In this document: piece by piece, positions 12,538-25,989 of the stretch
How the letters are laid out: the number at the start of each line of letters is the position of its first letter
Position numbering within the stretch: the first letter of the stretch is position 1
Assembly (NCBI GenBank): GCA_023213395.1
Contig: CM041465.1
Coordinates: 224,571,741 to 224,635,740 of the forward strand
Source: Cycas panzhihuaensis
Taxonomy: Eukaryota; Plantae; Cycadophyta
Length of the DNA stretch: 64,000 nt
Reading direction: 5' to 3'
The notes under the pieces: model-generated
Database searches by the model: none
The model's input: the letters and a program-made list of their open reading frames with translations, nothing else
Told to the model about the DNA's origin: nothing
Made by a program: the position numbers and the translations under genes

Positions 12538-14384
12538 CTCAATGACAAAGGCGAAATCTCCTTGCAAGTATTGCGCTCTCCATAAAACGATGGCATTCCA
12601 ATGAGGAATGTTGAAGCAGAAGGGGCAATACAAGGCCAAGACCTTGGTAGCTAAAAAGCAGAGGACGCGGGCACTTCAAGCACTCCAACGAAGGAGCTAG
12701 TAGTGTTGGTCACTAATCAGATGGTGGTTGACCCACACTTGGTCCTCACGACCAAGAATTACAATGCCTGAAAAAGAGAGGCCTTATTTACTCATAATTG
12801 TCAACTCAAAGATTGCATCGTATCATGTATCATCAATAATTATCACGTGGAAAATCTTGTGTATGATCAATTAGTTAAGGGTTTAAATATCCCTATAGAA
12901 TCTCATCCTAACCCATATACGCTTGGTTGGGTTAAGAGAGAGGGAGGATACCAGACTAGAATTGATAAGACCTGCCATGTGATCTTTGTAGTGAAGTCCT
13001 TTGTTGACATAGTTACTTGTGATGTAACCACATGGACTGTTGTGAAATTCTATTGGGAAGACCCTTCAGTAGGATATATAAGTAGTCTATTATGGGCTCA
13101 CAAACACCTATTAGCCGCATAAGGACAAAACAATTTATCAACTCAAATCCTCATCCTCAATAGTTACTTTAAAGACTAGTTTGCGTGTAATCAAAGTTGT
13201 CAGTGTTGCTAAGAAGGGCACCATCTTATTCATGAGACAAATGAAGGAATCTCTAGCACTGAAACAAGGACTCTTTATCCAAAAAAGTAGTAATTGTCAG
13301 ATGACTATCTTGATGTTTTTTAGCCACCTAAATGACTTCTCCCCATTTGGGCAATCTAGCATGTCATTGATTACTTCATGGATCCACATTGCCTAATGGA
13401 CCACTGTACAAGACTTCTGTTCTACAAAGTGACAAATTGAAGCACCAACTTAATGAGCTTATGGAGGAAGGTCGAATTCAAGCAAGTTCTTCTGCATGCA
13501 GATCTCTAGGGATCTTGGTGCCTAAAATTTTTGGCACTTGGTGTCTTTGCATTGACTTCTAGGTACTAAATTGCATTATGGTGAAGAACTATTATTGATT
13601 GCCTGCAATCCACAACTTTTTGGATGAATTGTAAGGGACTAGATTCTTCTCCAAAATTGATCCTACATCTGGTTACCATGAAGTGCAAATTGAGCCTTCT
13701 AACACTTGGAAGACTTTGACTTGCTTTTAGATTTATAAAGGGTTGGTCATGTCTTTTGGTCTACCCACTACCTTGACAATCTTCATGGTGTTAATGACTG
13801 AGGTTCTTCATCCCTTCTTGGGCAGGCTTGTCATCCTTCTCCTTGATGACATACTAATCTCCAACTATATGTGGCTTGAACATTCTTAGTATGTGGAATA
13901 GGTGATGGACATTCTTTGACACTATCAACTAAAGGCAAGGAAAAGTAAATGCTACTTTGGACAATAATTTGTTTCCTATTTGGGGTATATTATAGACTCA
14001 GGCCATTCATGTAGGCCCTAAAAAGGTCCAGGTCATTCTCATTTGGCCACTGCCCAAGATGTTGACTGATCTTTGTAGCTTCTTAGGTTCTACGAACTTC
14101 TATAGGAAGTTGATTCCTAGACATGCATGCATGCATGTGCATTTTATTCTCTCATAAAGAGCAAAGAAGCTTTTAATTAAGGACCCACTTAGGAGGCCAC
14201 TTTTGACAGGCAAAAGAACGCGTTTTGTATAGCCCTAGTTCTTGCACTACTAGACTTGCAAAAACCTTTCAAAATTGAGATTGATGCATCCTAACTTGCC
14301 ATGGGACCAGTACTTAAGCAAGGAGGACACTCTATTGCCTATCTTCAACAATCCCTCTCTTACTTAATCTTGATTGCCCTTCTA
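12538..14384 (+). pseudogene. Older Gypsy gag-pol fragment (PR-RT-start of RNase H; CRM-like protease region), insertion target of G1
   Basis: ENLVYDQLVKGLNIPIESHPNPYTLGWV (protease region). RT remnants FFSKID..SGYH and LLDDILI. RNase H PFKIEIDAS. Ends abruptly at about 14384. Confidence 0.8.
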
Positions 14385-16800
14385 TGATAAGTGTTGATTG
14401 ATACTCAGCACACTGAGGTCTCAAACTGCCCATTTACATATCGGTCTTGTGGCCTCTTCTCCTTGCTGTTACTCCTTAGATGTTGGTTGCATGTTAGAGA
14501 AACTTACAACATATACAACATTTCACGATATTCACAACATATGCAACCATCTATTAAGCATACACATTACACTAAATGTTTCCTCATAACTTGTTCCTTA
14601 TGAATTAACACTGAATACAACGCTTCTTGACTCTTGACCCTTGAGAATATGATATGATTTAGTTGCTTAGTTCTTACCCTTGAGACTATTATTTTAGATT
14701 AGTTGATTCAACTCTCACTGTTGGACAAATGTTTGAAATGACTCATTTATACACTTTCCCCATAGCCAAACACCCAAAATGTGTGACTTTACAACATATC
14801 TCTTGCATTTCCATAACAAAGCTTGAATTATACTTAATAATTCATGCCTTTTTGTACATTTGTATGGTCATACAATTAATCATCTTCTAATTAACCATTT
14901 GCCATTCTTGTGAGTCATTCATTGTTCCACAATACATTGAGAACTATTCCTTGAGAGATGAAATGCTAACTTGTAATCATTCCAAAGTTGTTCCCAATCA
15001 TTCCATTGTGTGTTTTCCCTATAAATCCACTCAATTTTGCCATTTCCATTGCTAGATCCATTCTTGGACTATTCCTAAGTGTCCAAGTGCCAAATCTTCT
15101 GCCTACATCTATCCTAGGGTTAAAAAAGGATTTGAGCATCCTTGCTTAACACTCCAAAATGTTGCCAAAGATTGTTTTGCTATTAAAAACTTTGAATTTG
15201 GTGGTGGGTCACCTCCTTCCATCTCTACTTTTGAGCAACTCTTGGAGCTCAAGTGTTTGTGCATCCTTCTTGTGTGCTTCCTTAGTCACTTCTTCATTAA
15301 TTCTAATCACGCTTTTGATCTCTATTGCTTTATCTACCAATTTTTGTTTCAACTTGCTAATTCTTAGCTGATTAATACCTTGTTCCCTCAAGAAGTCATC
15401 CAACCAAAGTTTTATTTGTTGTACCCTATCATGAGTGCTTCCCCCTCCTTGGGAAGTTCCCTAACCATACTGTTCTTGTCTTGGTGGTGGAGTCATTCCT
15501 TCTCTTGACTTGGTTTCCAACTCATCTACTTGTTGCGTTTGTTTTCTTGCTTTTTGCTTTGGGTGATGAGAGTGTACTTGGTGCACATTCCTTCAAAATC
15601 AATCAATTATTCACCTCATTGCTACTTGAACTTGCTGCTTGATCCTTTTTGATTGGACATCTACGGGAAATGGCCCCATTCATTGTTGAATTAAGGCCCA
15701 TTGTTCTTCAATGTCCGCTTAGGGTGGTCATGCGGCCGATATTTGAGCAAACAACAATGCTAACAAGAACTATGGATGCTTAAATGCGGATTTTTATTCT
15801 CCCATATCCTGTAGTTATTTTTGCAAAGATTGTGCTAAATACTCACTTTAGTTCAGGGGTGGTTCTTCTCGCACTTCCTAGAGTGTGGTCAACATTCTTG
15901 CAGGACAATGAGTAAATTTTTTCTTCCCTATAAACTATGTGACAAATTTTTGCCAACCACCTCAATTTTGGATGCAAGAGGTTGTCAATTTTGGTACCTC
16001 GAGTACGGTCACACACTGGGTTTATATAGTGTGTGAACCACCAATTCTTTGCCCACTTCTATTCTTTTATCTACAACTCGTAACTTCCCAATGTGGAGTA
16101 ACTTGGTTATTTTCCAAATAAGATCTATAGAGATCTCTATTCTATCCAAATTTTTACTGTTAGGTATACGATTGTCTCCATTAATTTATTACCCCAATAT
16201 AATGGTGGTGTCATCACATATCTCCTCCAGGCAGCCTTAATTAGGGCTACTTTAAATTCATCTTTCATGTGCATGAATTCATCCTCCAAATGTGACAAAT
16301 AGGGTTCTATCAAATCAATCAACATTTTAATATGGCATACTGGAAAGGTGGAAATAATTATAGGACTATTTACTAGTTGATGGAACGTGAGTGCTAGCTT
16401 TTGGAATGTTGACTAGAATGCTTATTGGAATTTTTTTGGGACACTTCTTGGAATTCTTTCATTCAATTCCTATTATTGTTTTCAATTGTTGAACTAGTTT
16501 GTTGCGCTTGGGCTTATTGGTCGTGCTTGCATACTGACTCAATTTCTTGTGGAATGGTTATAACTCTATGTGAAATGCTCGGAAAGTGAAGAAAACTTTG
16601 CAAAAAATTGGTTTTAACCTCTTATTTTGTTCCATCCCTAGATCATTCCTCGAGTCATTCTCTGATAGAATGCTTCTGTGTATTTTCTATGAATTGTTCC
16701 TTTGGAACACTTCTTTATGGATTCGAAATACTTCTAGGGACACTTTTGCTTAAGGTCTTCCAACTTGCTTAATTTCACTTGGGATGCTTCAATTAGAGTT
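14385..16800 (-). mobile_element. Probable fragment of another LTR element (LTR-like segment plus degenerate accessory ORF)
   Basis: Begins tgataagtg where the Gypsy RNase H breaks off. Minus-strand broken ORF pieces at 16137-16325 and 15209-15403 (coiled-coil-like). No second LTR found. Confidence 0.35.
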
Positions 16801-16818
16801 TAGGTCACTTTATGTTGT

Positions 16819-16862
<44 letters not shown>

Positions 16863-16863
16863 T
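16819..16863. repeat. (TA)n(TG)n microsatellite
   Basis: tatatatatgtgtgtg... seen directly. Confidence 0.95.
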
Positions 16864-19800
16864 TTTGGGTCATTTTCTTAGTGTTGCTATGTAAGTGATG
16901 TTATGGTTGATTTTTTCTATTTTTTGTTTCTTTTTTGTTCGTATTTTTATTTCCTTATGGTAGTGAGTTCCCCTCCTCCCCCCCCCCAACTTCGCCAACC
17001 CTTTATGACTATTTAGATTGTAATTCATGAGCTATTTGACGTGCTTTGGGCCTAACTACTTTGGGTCCCTTTACCTTTGTTAGTTAGATTCCTTTATTAT
17101 TGTACTCTTATTTAGCTTTTAGCCTTCCTTGGAGCTTCTTTCTGCTTCCTCACGTTATTCATACTAGCTGTACTTTCCAATCCCATTGACATATTTTGGT
17201 CAATTATGGATATTAATATAATTTCTTTCTTTCTTCTCTTTCATTTTTGTGTTTTCTTTTTTCAATTTTTTAAACTTATGCATTAGGTATAGCAAAATTC
17301 TTGATACTTAGGCAACCTGAGTTGTCTCCAACATGGACAACTTGTTATGTTATACTTGGTGGGTATGCCAAGGAACCCTTACTTATGGTAGACATTTAAT
17401 TTGCTCCCGTTTATCATCTTGGGTAGTAGTGGTCCGTTAGTCTCCTTTAGTTGGACAAATCCATTCTCAAATATGTTATACAATGTATGATCCTAGCAAA
17501 TACATTTTCAACTAACCAAGGTGCGTTTTGAACCTGTTGTCATATAACAATGCTATTAGAATTAATGTTCATGTGTGGACATTAGTGATCATTCATCAAG
17601 GTTGATGACAAGTGTCATGGGAGTTATGAAAGTCTTCAATGGACCTATGACGTGTGAGGGCAGTTTTGAGTCCTATTGTGGACCGTTATTGATATCATGT
17701 GTATATTAAGGTTGTATTGTATGCATTGTATATAGTAGAGATTCATTCTTAATGAATGAAAAAAAAAGTTCATAGGTAGACTAATTCTACCTAATATCTA
17801 TCATATGATATATTAATGTTTGGTTCCACATTCGATCGTAAATTCACATATGTTATTAGAGCAAGTTACTGTTACGGGTCATAAATCAATTTTGCAGCCA
17901 ATAATGTATGGAACCAAGTAACTTTATGTTGTCAACAATTTGTCGGTTTAGTTGTTAAAAAATATGGCAGTTTTTCCAACTTTGTTGAATGCTTAAATTG
18001 TTACACTGTGAGCTTTATATATTCATGTATGGATTGTTGGATATTATGTAATAAACTATATTAGAAATTTGTTTTAAGAAAAACAAAAAAAGCCCCATTG
18101 AGGGCTATGAGGAAGTGTTGGAGAGTGCATACAGTGGAAGGTCTCATGGAGGCTTTGAGAAGTTTCTTTGGGTGAGGCACCCAACCACCAGCTATTCTAA
18201 GCTCTTAAGTTTTGGCATTTTCATGCTTTTGTCTTATATGGCTCAACTCCCTTTGACATTCAGATATGTAGAGTAGGTGAAGCCTAAATATTTAAAACAT
18301 TCATACTAAAAATGATTGCCTTTGTGAGTACTCTGTTTACTAGGCACCTTCCTCATGAGAGAGAGAGAGATTTGATTGAATTATTGGTTAGCAGTTGCTC
18401 TTTGAGTGCAACAAAGGCATCTTTGAAAGATCATCATAAGTTAGGCTCTACCCAACACTCTTCGATAGCTTTGGACAAAAATAAAAAATACGAAACTCAA
18501 GACTTGGAATTATCTCATCGGAAAGATTGTTTAATCGCTTTGACATATGGGCCTATGATGTGTGGACATGGAACTAGCAAGGGAGCTTTGTAGGACTCTA
18601 TTTGGCTCATATAGATTAAATTGAGAACGGAATTGAAAGGCGACCACATATGTGGTTCGTTTCTACCAACAAACATCCAAAAATTCTGTTAAGAAAACAC
18701 TATTGTCAATGAAAAACAGGTCGATCTTGCATTTGAGTCTTGATGATGTAGCCAGGATTATACAGTCTAGATTTCTGTTAAACCTTATGTTTACATGTTA
18801 AGCTTATATACTATATTTTTTCATGTATTATTTGTACTTTTGTACTTTAGGGGTGACTTATCACTTAAGTGATAAAGTGCACACCCACATTCTTTCCTAG
18901 TGATACAACATTGTCACTAAAGGGTCAACTGGACCCCCATGCACTTTTGCTCACTTGATAGCCCAAAAGGACACATGTCCTTCATGCAAGGTATGTACCT
19001 TAGATGTTTTGACACTTGTCAAACATCCAATGCCTTAGGTCTCTCCTTTCACTCTATATATTGAGACCTCTTCTCATTGTTCTCATATAGAGTTGGAGTC
19101 AGATTGTTATCTTTGCCAGTTTGTTAATCAAACTACTATTCATTTGGAGGTTGGACCAATTCCAACTCATCATATTTGGTATCATTTACCTCTTTCTCTT
19201 CATGCTTTGATCTTGCTCATGTTTGATCATCTCATACTTTCATTATTAGTCTAGATTATCTGCTTTCTAGAACTAGAGTGAATATAGCCTCTAGATCTTG
19301 GGTTTCTAAGGCCTTTTGTCCATTTCTACATTTGGTATCAAAGCTAGAGGAGACTAGTTTCCTCTGTTCTGATTTTGTTTTGCTTAAGGGAGATTCAAAG
19401 TAGGTTCCACTACTCCTTGGTGATGACCTTCACTCTCTGAAGGCGATCTAAGGCATGTTTTAGACTTACATGTGTAGATCAAGCTTCTTGGAGTAGTGCT
19501 GAAGGCTGGAGGAAGCATATTTCTCAGATCTGAATTTTTCTCAGATTTCTTATCAAGGGTGCAACACTAATTTGTTGCTCAGAACAGAGATTTCTTAAAA
19601 GAAAAAATAATGTTTTTAGAGTACTTTATCATAGACTTGTAAAAATCATGGAGATTCTGCTCATTTGAGGCCTGTAGAACTCACCTTGTCTCAGATCTAT
19701 TTACTAAGATTAAGTTTTCTGTTGTTCTAGTCACATTATGGCTACTCTGTGTTAAAGTCCACTCCCTGTAGTGGAAAATTTTCTCAGTCTTGTGTTTGTA

Positions 19801-21377
19801 GTCCTCCTGGGCAGTATCTGGATCACACTCATCAGTCCCTCAGCTTCTGAAAACTCCTAAATTGGTGCACGACCTCACTCTGTTGGGTGGCCTTCTCAAA
19901 ACCCTAAAAAAAGCTCCAAATCACTTGAGAATAGTGAATGCTATAGTCTGCAGCTTCTGGAATGATGTCCTCTCACCTTGCGGGTCCCACGTACTTCATA
20001 AAGTGTCCATATGTCACCCCTATCAACGCACAGCAATCGTTCCTTCTTCCACTGTCCGTGCGACCATCCAAAGCCTCAGACATTTTGTTCTCTTTGCACA
20101 ATGGATGAAACACAATGAAAATTTAGAGAAAGTTGCATGATGGTTGGGCGCCCCTACTCCTCGATTTTCATCTCGATTCGTGAAGTGTGCACACTGTTCT
20201 CTCCACCTGTGTGATCACGCGAGTCACCGAGTCACATCGTCATACAAAAATTCAAAATTTTCAAAGTTTTTAAAGTTTGCACTTTATAAAACATACTTGA
20301 TGTTATGTATTTAAGAATATTCTTTAGAATATTCACTTTTTGATAAAGTTCATTAATCCTAAGTCACTTTAAAATCACTAAAATCACCTTTTTAAAGCTA
20401 TTTTAAAGCCATTTTTAGTGAATTTTTTAGTCTTTGATCACAGTGACTTCACATTTAGTCAAAAAGACTCAATCAAGGTTCCTTTAGTGATTTCTCTCAC
20501 TAGAAAGTAATATTTCTTCCTCTCTTTAAGCCTTTTTAGTCATTTTAAGATTTTTTTGGCTTAATTCTTCTGAGAAAAAAATCCACTTTTTTTTTTGTTT
20601 TTTGGAGTTAAAAATCTTCCTTGATACTTAGTAATCTTATTAAAAGCTGGTGCTAAGTCATTCTTTCATCTTTGGAGATTAAAATTACTTGATTAAAGTC
20701 TTCAATCAAGGCTCCTTGCGTGGTGTTCTTGCTGCTCAAAGTTGCAAAAAAGGTTAAAATTGCAGCCTTTGTTTTTTGGCACTTTTAGTCTTACTTAACA
20801 CTTATTTCATTTTTGCAAGTGTTAAAAGGCATTGACAGAAGTGATTTTTATGTGTTGTGACCTTGTTAAAGTGATCCTCATCACTATTTCAACACTTTTC
20901 TTAAGGCACCTTGCATGGTGACCTACTTCCCTTAGTTTCAAAAAGGGCTCAAGGAGACTTCTTACTTAATAAAATCACTCATTTTGTTGATTGTTGGGAC
21001 TATTTCAAAGTCCCAACACTTGGTGCTTAGCGTCTTTAGTTTGCAAGTGATCTTCCTCTCTTTTCTTCAACATTGAAAGGAACTCACTTGCATTTTCAAC
21101 ACAAAGGCTTTGCTTATTTTCATTGAAGCACTTAGCACCTTCTTCAAAGTGCTTACATTTTCATATTATACTCAAGCACTTTTTAACTTGGATTTGATAG
21201 CCCTACTTCACACCATAAAGTGCTCTTGTAAAACACTCAAAGTGTTCATTGTGATGTACTTGGTTGCTTCTCTTTGAAGCTTTTTTTCATTGTAAACATT
21301 AATCAAGCATCTACATCATCCAAGTAAAATCTACTCTAAGTCCACTTCAATCCTCTAAAAGTGAACTTTAAAATCAA

Positions 21378-21794
21378 GTAGGAGTGGCCCGAAAAAGGTT
21401 CAAACCCTGCGTTTGAAATAACCTTAAGCTTGGTGCGTTCCCTAGGGGACCAACCAACCTGCAGTCGATGCCACGACAATTAAGGTTGCTTGAGGGAAAG
21501 GAGGTTCGAAAAGGGTGTTATTGGGGTTATGAATCCCAAGGAAAGCATGGTACGCCCATGCAGATCAACCTTACCTGCCTTGTCCTAGATTTAACTTGGC
21601 CAACTGTTAGATCTCCTCTATAGATCAGGGTTAGACCAACTCTTTAGCCTAGTCCTCCACCTCTCATCATTCCATTTGGTTGTTGAATCTTCTAGTAAGA
21701 TCAAAACTATTGGTTTCGTTAGAAGGTGAAACTTAAGCGACGAAAGCTTTGAGTTTCCAAGTTATCTGCTAGCTTCAAGTCTTACAACTTCAAC
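21378..21794 (+). promoter_or_regulatory. Conserved structured RNA element immediately 5' of C3 gag (copy a)
   Basis: Strongly conserved with 38434-38850 (minus) and about 55537-55955. Many nested inverted repeats. Function is inferred only. Confidence 0.55.
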
Positions 21795-24700
21795 ATGGCT
21801 GCAATTAATATGCTAAATGCATGTACCATCAGATTAACATGACAAGACAACTATCAAGAATGGAAAATGATCACTTAAAATCTCTTGATAATGAACGAAT
21901 TTTGGGGTTATGTTTCTGGAAGAATACTTCGACCTGTACCTGTTGTAAATGATGGTGTAATTGTTCATCCTGATGCTGCTTGGGAAGCCAAAGATGAAAT
22001 GGCTTTGGCATTCTTACATATTGATGTTCATGTTGATCAAAATATTGTGTGTGCAAAGATTTCCAAAGAAGCATGGGACATTTTGTCATCCTTGTATGAA
22101 AGACGAGATGCAGCTCGCATATTGATGGTAAAAGCCAAGTTGTATTCTGTAAAATTTGTCAAGCCTATGTCGGCTTTCCTTTCCTCCATTAAGAAGGTAT
22201 ATAATGAATTGAATACATTGGGTAATCCTGCTTTTAGAGATAAGCTTATAACTACAATTGTCAAAGCATTGCCTAAGGACTACAATGATTTTATTTCTTC
22301 CACTACTCGAGATGGCTCACTCAAAAGAATGTCTTTCAATGAACTTAAAAGCTTGTTGCTTCAAGAGAAGCGGATTTCCATCAAGGACGATGATGACGAA
22401 CCATCCACTTTAGGGGCATTCACAGCCAAATCTAAGGCCAAGCAAAATCTCAAACTTGCACTTTTAAAGTAGTTTGGGAATATGAACATTGATTCCTCAC
22501 AGACCAATGTTGTTTGTCATTATTCTGGCAAAGTTGGCCACATAGCCCCTGATTGTAGGAAGAAACAAGCAGATCTTTAGCACATATGACAACAGCAACA
22601 ATAGCCATGTCAGCAGCATTAGAGACATTAGCAACCACATCAACAATTCCAACAGCAGCGGTTTCAACATCAACAGCAGCAGCAACCCCCTCGACCAAAT
22701 CGAGGTGCCTATTGAGGAAGTCGAAGAGAAAGGGGGGGGTTTAGAGGTGGCAATCAACGCCACTTCAATAAGTTTACAGATGAAGACAAATTGTTTTGTG
22801 CTTATCATACATCCAAGGTTGATCAAACTTGGATCATTGATTTTGGAGCTACTCAACACATGACTTGGAGCGAAGAACTCCTTTGTGACATCAAGGAAGG
22901 AAAAGGTCGAACAGTGACCTTCGACAACAATGAATCAGTCAAGATCCCTGGAATAGGCACCATTGTTTCATTCCATTCTCCTTCCAATCCTTCCTCTACA
23001 TTTCCCAATGGCAATGCCTATTTCATACCTTCCATGGAGAAGAGCTTGCTATCTGTTAGCAAATTGGACAAGCAACAGATGAGCATTTTGTTTGAATGGG
23101 AAATGTGTAATAAGGGACAAAAATGACTAGGTAGTAGCTATTGGATATGAGGATCATAGCCTCTACAAAGTGGATGCTAATAATATCACACTTGATTTTG
23201 CTTACTTTGGTTCCATTGTCACTCAATCTTTGTCCAAGGTGCAACTTTGCCATCAACGTCTAGGCCACTTGAGCTTAAACAATCTCAAGCAAATTGTGAA
23301 CAAGAACATGGTGCATGGGCTTCCAAAGATATATGGCTCAAAATGTCTTTGTGAAGCATGGATAATGGGGACACAACATGCTTACCTTTCCTTAAAGGTA
23401 AAGCTTGGCGTGCATCATATCCTTTGCAGTTGATACACTTGGATTTGTGTGGACCTATGTTCACTACATCCTTTGGAGGAGCTTTGTATTACATCTCCTT
23501 CATTGACTATTTCTCCCATAAAGTTTGGGTTTACTTCATCAAACATAAATCTAAAGCATTTCAAAAGTTTAAGGAATTCAAGCTTGAAGTGGAGAATGAG
23601 TCTGGCCAATCAATCAAAACACTAAGGACAGACAATGGAGGTGAATTCACTTCAAAGGAATTCACCCAATTCTGCAAGGATAATGGCATTCAGAGATAGC
23701 TAACCATTCCTCACAGTCCTCAACAGAATAGACTCTCCAAAAGGATGAATAGAACTTTGGCTAATAAAGCCAAAGCAATGATGCATGCAGAGGGACTCAC
23801 TTGAGCTTACTGGGCAGAGGCATTCCACACAGCTGCCTATGTGGCAAATCAGAGTCCAACAACAGCAGTCACCAACATCACACTAGAGGAGGCATGGTTT
23901 GGCAAAAAGCCAACTATCAGCCATTTGAGGACCTTTGGGTGCACTGCTTACATGCACATCTCCGATCAGTAAAGAATTAAATTAGATAAGCATAGTCTAA
24001 AGTGTATCTTTGTAGGTTGCGCCATTCATAGCAAAGCCTACAAGTTGTATGATCCCATTTGGAAGAAAATGCATCTCTTAAGAGATGTAATCTTTGCTGA
24101 AGAAGATCACAAGGAGTTGGATACAACATCCATCCAACCTCCCATTGACAAAGGCAAAAAGATTGTTAAGGCTTTCCTTCCCTCTCAATCTTCGATTCCA
24201 TGTACATCATCTGCACCTGTTGGACCGTCCACATCATCAGAATCAACTCCACTTGATCCTAGCACATCTTTTGTTCATCAACCACTTAGACCAGAAGATT
24301 TTGAGGTTCAAGTTACATCAATAAAAAGTTATCCAAATGGTATACTCAAACAGTGCAGGATGACTAGATTGTTGAAGGAAAATGTCCATCAAGATATAGA
24401 CAACAAACCAATTTTGCACTTATGGCTGAAGTGCTTTGTGTTGATGAGCCTTCCACTTTTGAGGAGGCTTCTAAAAATGAAAATTGGAAGGTTGCCATGG
24501 ATGAAGAAATCCATTGTATTGAAAAGAATGGAACTTGGAATTTGGTTGAATTGCATAAACACAAATAAGAAATCAGTTGCAAATGGGTCTACAAGACCAA
24601 ATTCCATTTTGATGGTACACTTAAATGCCAGAAGGCCTGCCTTGTTGCAAAATGCTTCAAACAAAAGAAAGGCATAGATGATGAGGAGACTTTTGCACCT

Positions 24701-25989
24701 GTCGCCAACATGAACACTATCAGACTCATCTTGGCCTTAGTAGCTCAATGCAAATGGCTAGTTTTTCAGATGGATGTGAAGAGCGCCTTTCTCAATGGCG
24801 ATCTTCAAGAGGAGGTATACTTGGAGCAACCTCCTGGTTACAAAGTACAAGGCAAGGAGCACTTAGTATGTCACCTAAAAAAGGCATTGTATGGTTTGAA
24901 ACAAGCTCCAAGAGCATGGTACTCAAAGATTGATGATTATTTTTTGAGACATGGGTTTCATTGATCTACTTCAGATCCTAACTTGTACATCAAAGTTGGG
25001 AAAGACTATGCCATTTTCATTGTCTTGTATGTAGATGACTTACTGATCATTAGCAATGACACTAACATGGTACAAATTCTCCAAGATGACTTGAAGAGGA
25101 GTTTCTATATGGCAGATCTTGGACTTCTCCATTATTTCTTAGGCTTTGAGGTATGGCAACAGGCAGGCTATATCTTCATCTCCCAAGCTAAATATTTTTG
25201 GGACATTTTACAGCGGTTCAGGATGCATGACTACAAACCAACACCTACACTCATGGAGAATGGCACAAAGCTTACTCTCAATGAGGAAGTTGAACCAACA
25301 GATCCCACTCTTTATCGGCAGTTGATTGGGAGTCTCATCTATCTCACCAACACTCGCCCTGACATCTCATTTGTAGTTGGGATTTTCTTTAGATAGATGT
25401 CTCAACCCAATCAGAAGCATTGGAGTGCAGCTAAACGCATACTCAAATACATCAAAGGCATATTGCAGCATGGCTTTGAGTATGCACATGATGAGAACTT
25501 CACTCTGGAAGGGCTCTCATATTCTGATTAGGTAGGTTGCCAGGATAGCAGGAGATCAACCTCGGGTTACTGTTTTACCCTTGGTTCAGCAGTTGTTTCG
25601 TGGAGTTGCAAGAAGCAACCCAATGTTACCTTGTCCTCCATTGAAGTAGAGTACAAAGTTGCAGTTAGCACAACTTGCGAAGCTATCTGGTTACGACGGA
25701 TTTTTGGGGAGCTTGAACTTGAGCAGGATCACCCCACTAGGATTTATTGCGATAATCAAAGTGCGTTCAAGTTGGCCAAGAATCCAATATTTCATGCAAG
25801 GACCAAACATATTGAGGTTCATCATCACTTCATCAGAGAACATGTGCAGAGCAGTGAGATTAACCTCTAGTATAGACCTACAGAGCAGCAGATATCTTTG
25901 CCAAGACACTTGGTAGAGGAAAATTTGTAAAATTTAATGATGGTCTAGGAGTTCGATTTAACATTGTAAATAGTAAGGGGGGGTGTTAA
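21795..25989 (+). pseudogene. Degenerate gag-pol of C3a
   Basis: ATG at 21795, homologous to the C3b start MAVTNMLNAC. WIIDFGATQHMT; LRTDNGGEF; QMDVKSAFLNG; LYVDDLL; YCDNQSA..KNPIFHARTKHIEVHHHF. The frame ends in TGTTAA inside the 3' LTR. Many C>T nonsense changes. Confidence 0.93.

Noticed and set aside
21378-21794. Hammerhead or other known ribozyme in the structured leader element
   Set aside because: No CUGAUGA..GAAA core or other catalytic consensus is visible by eye.
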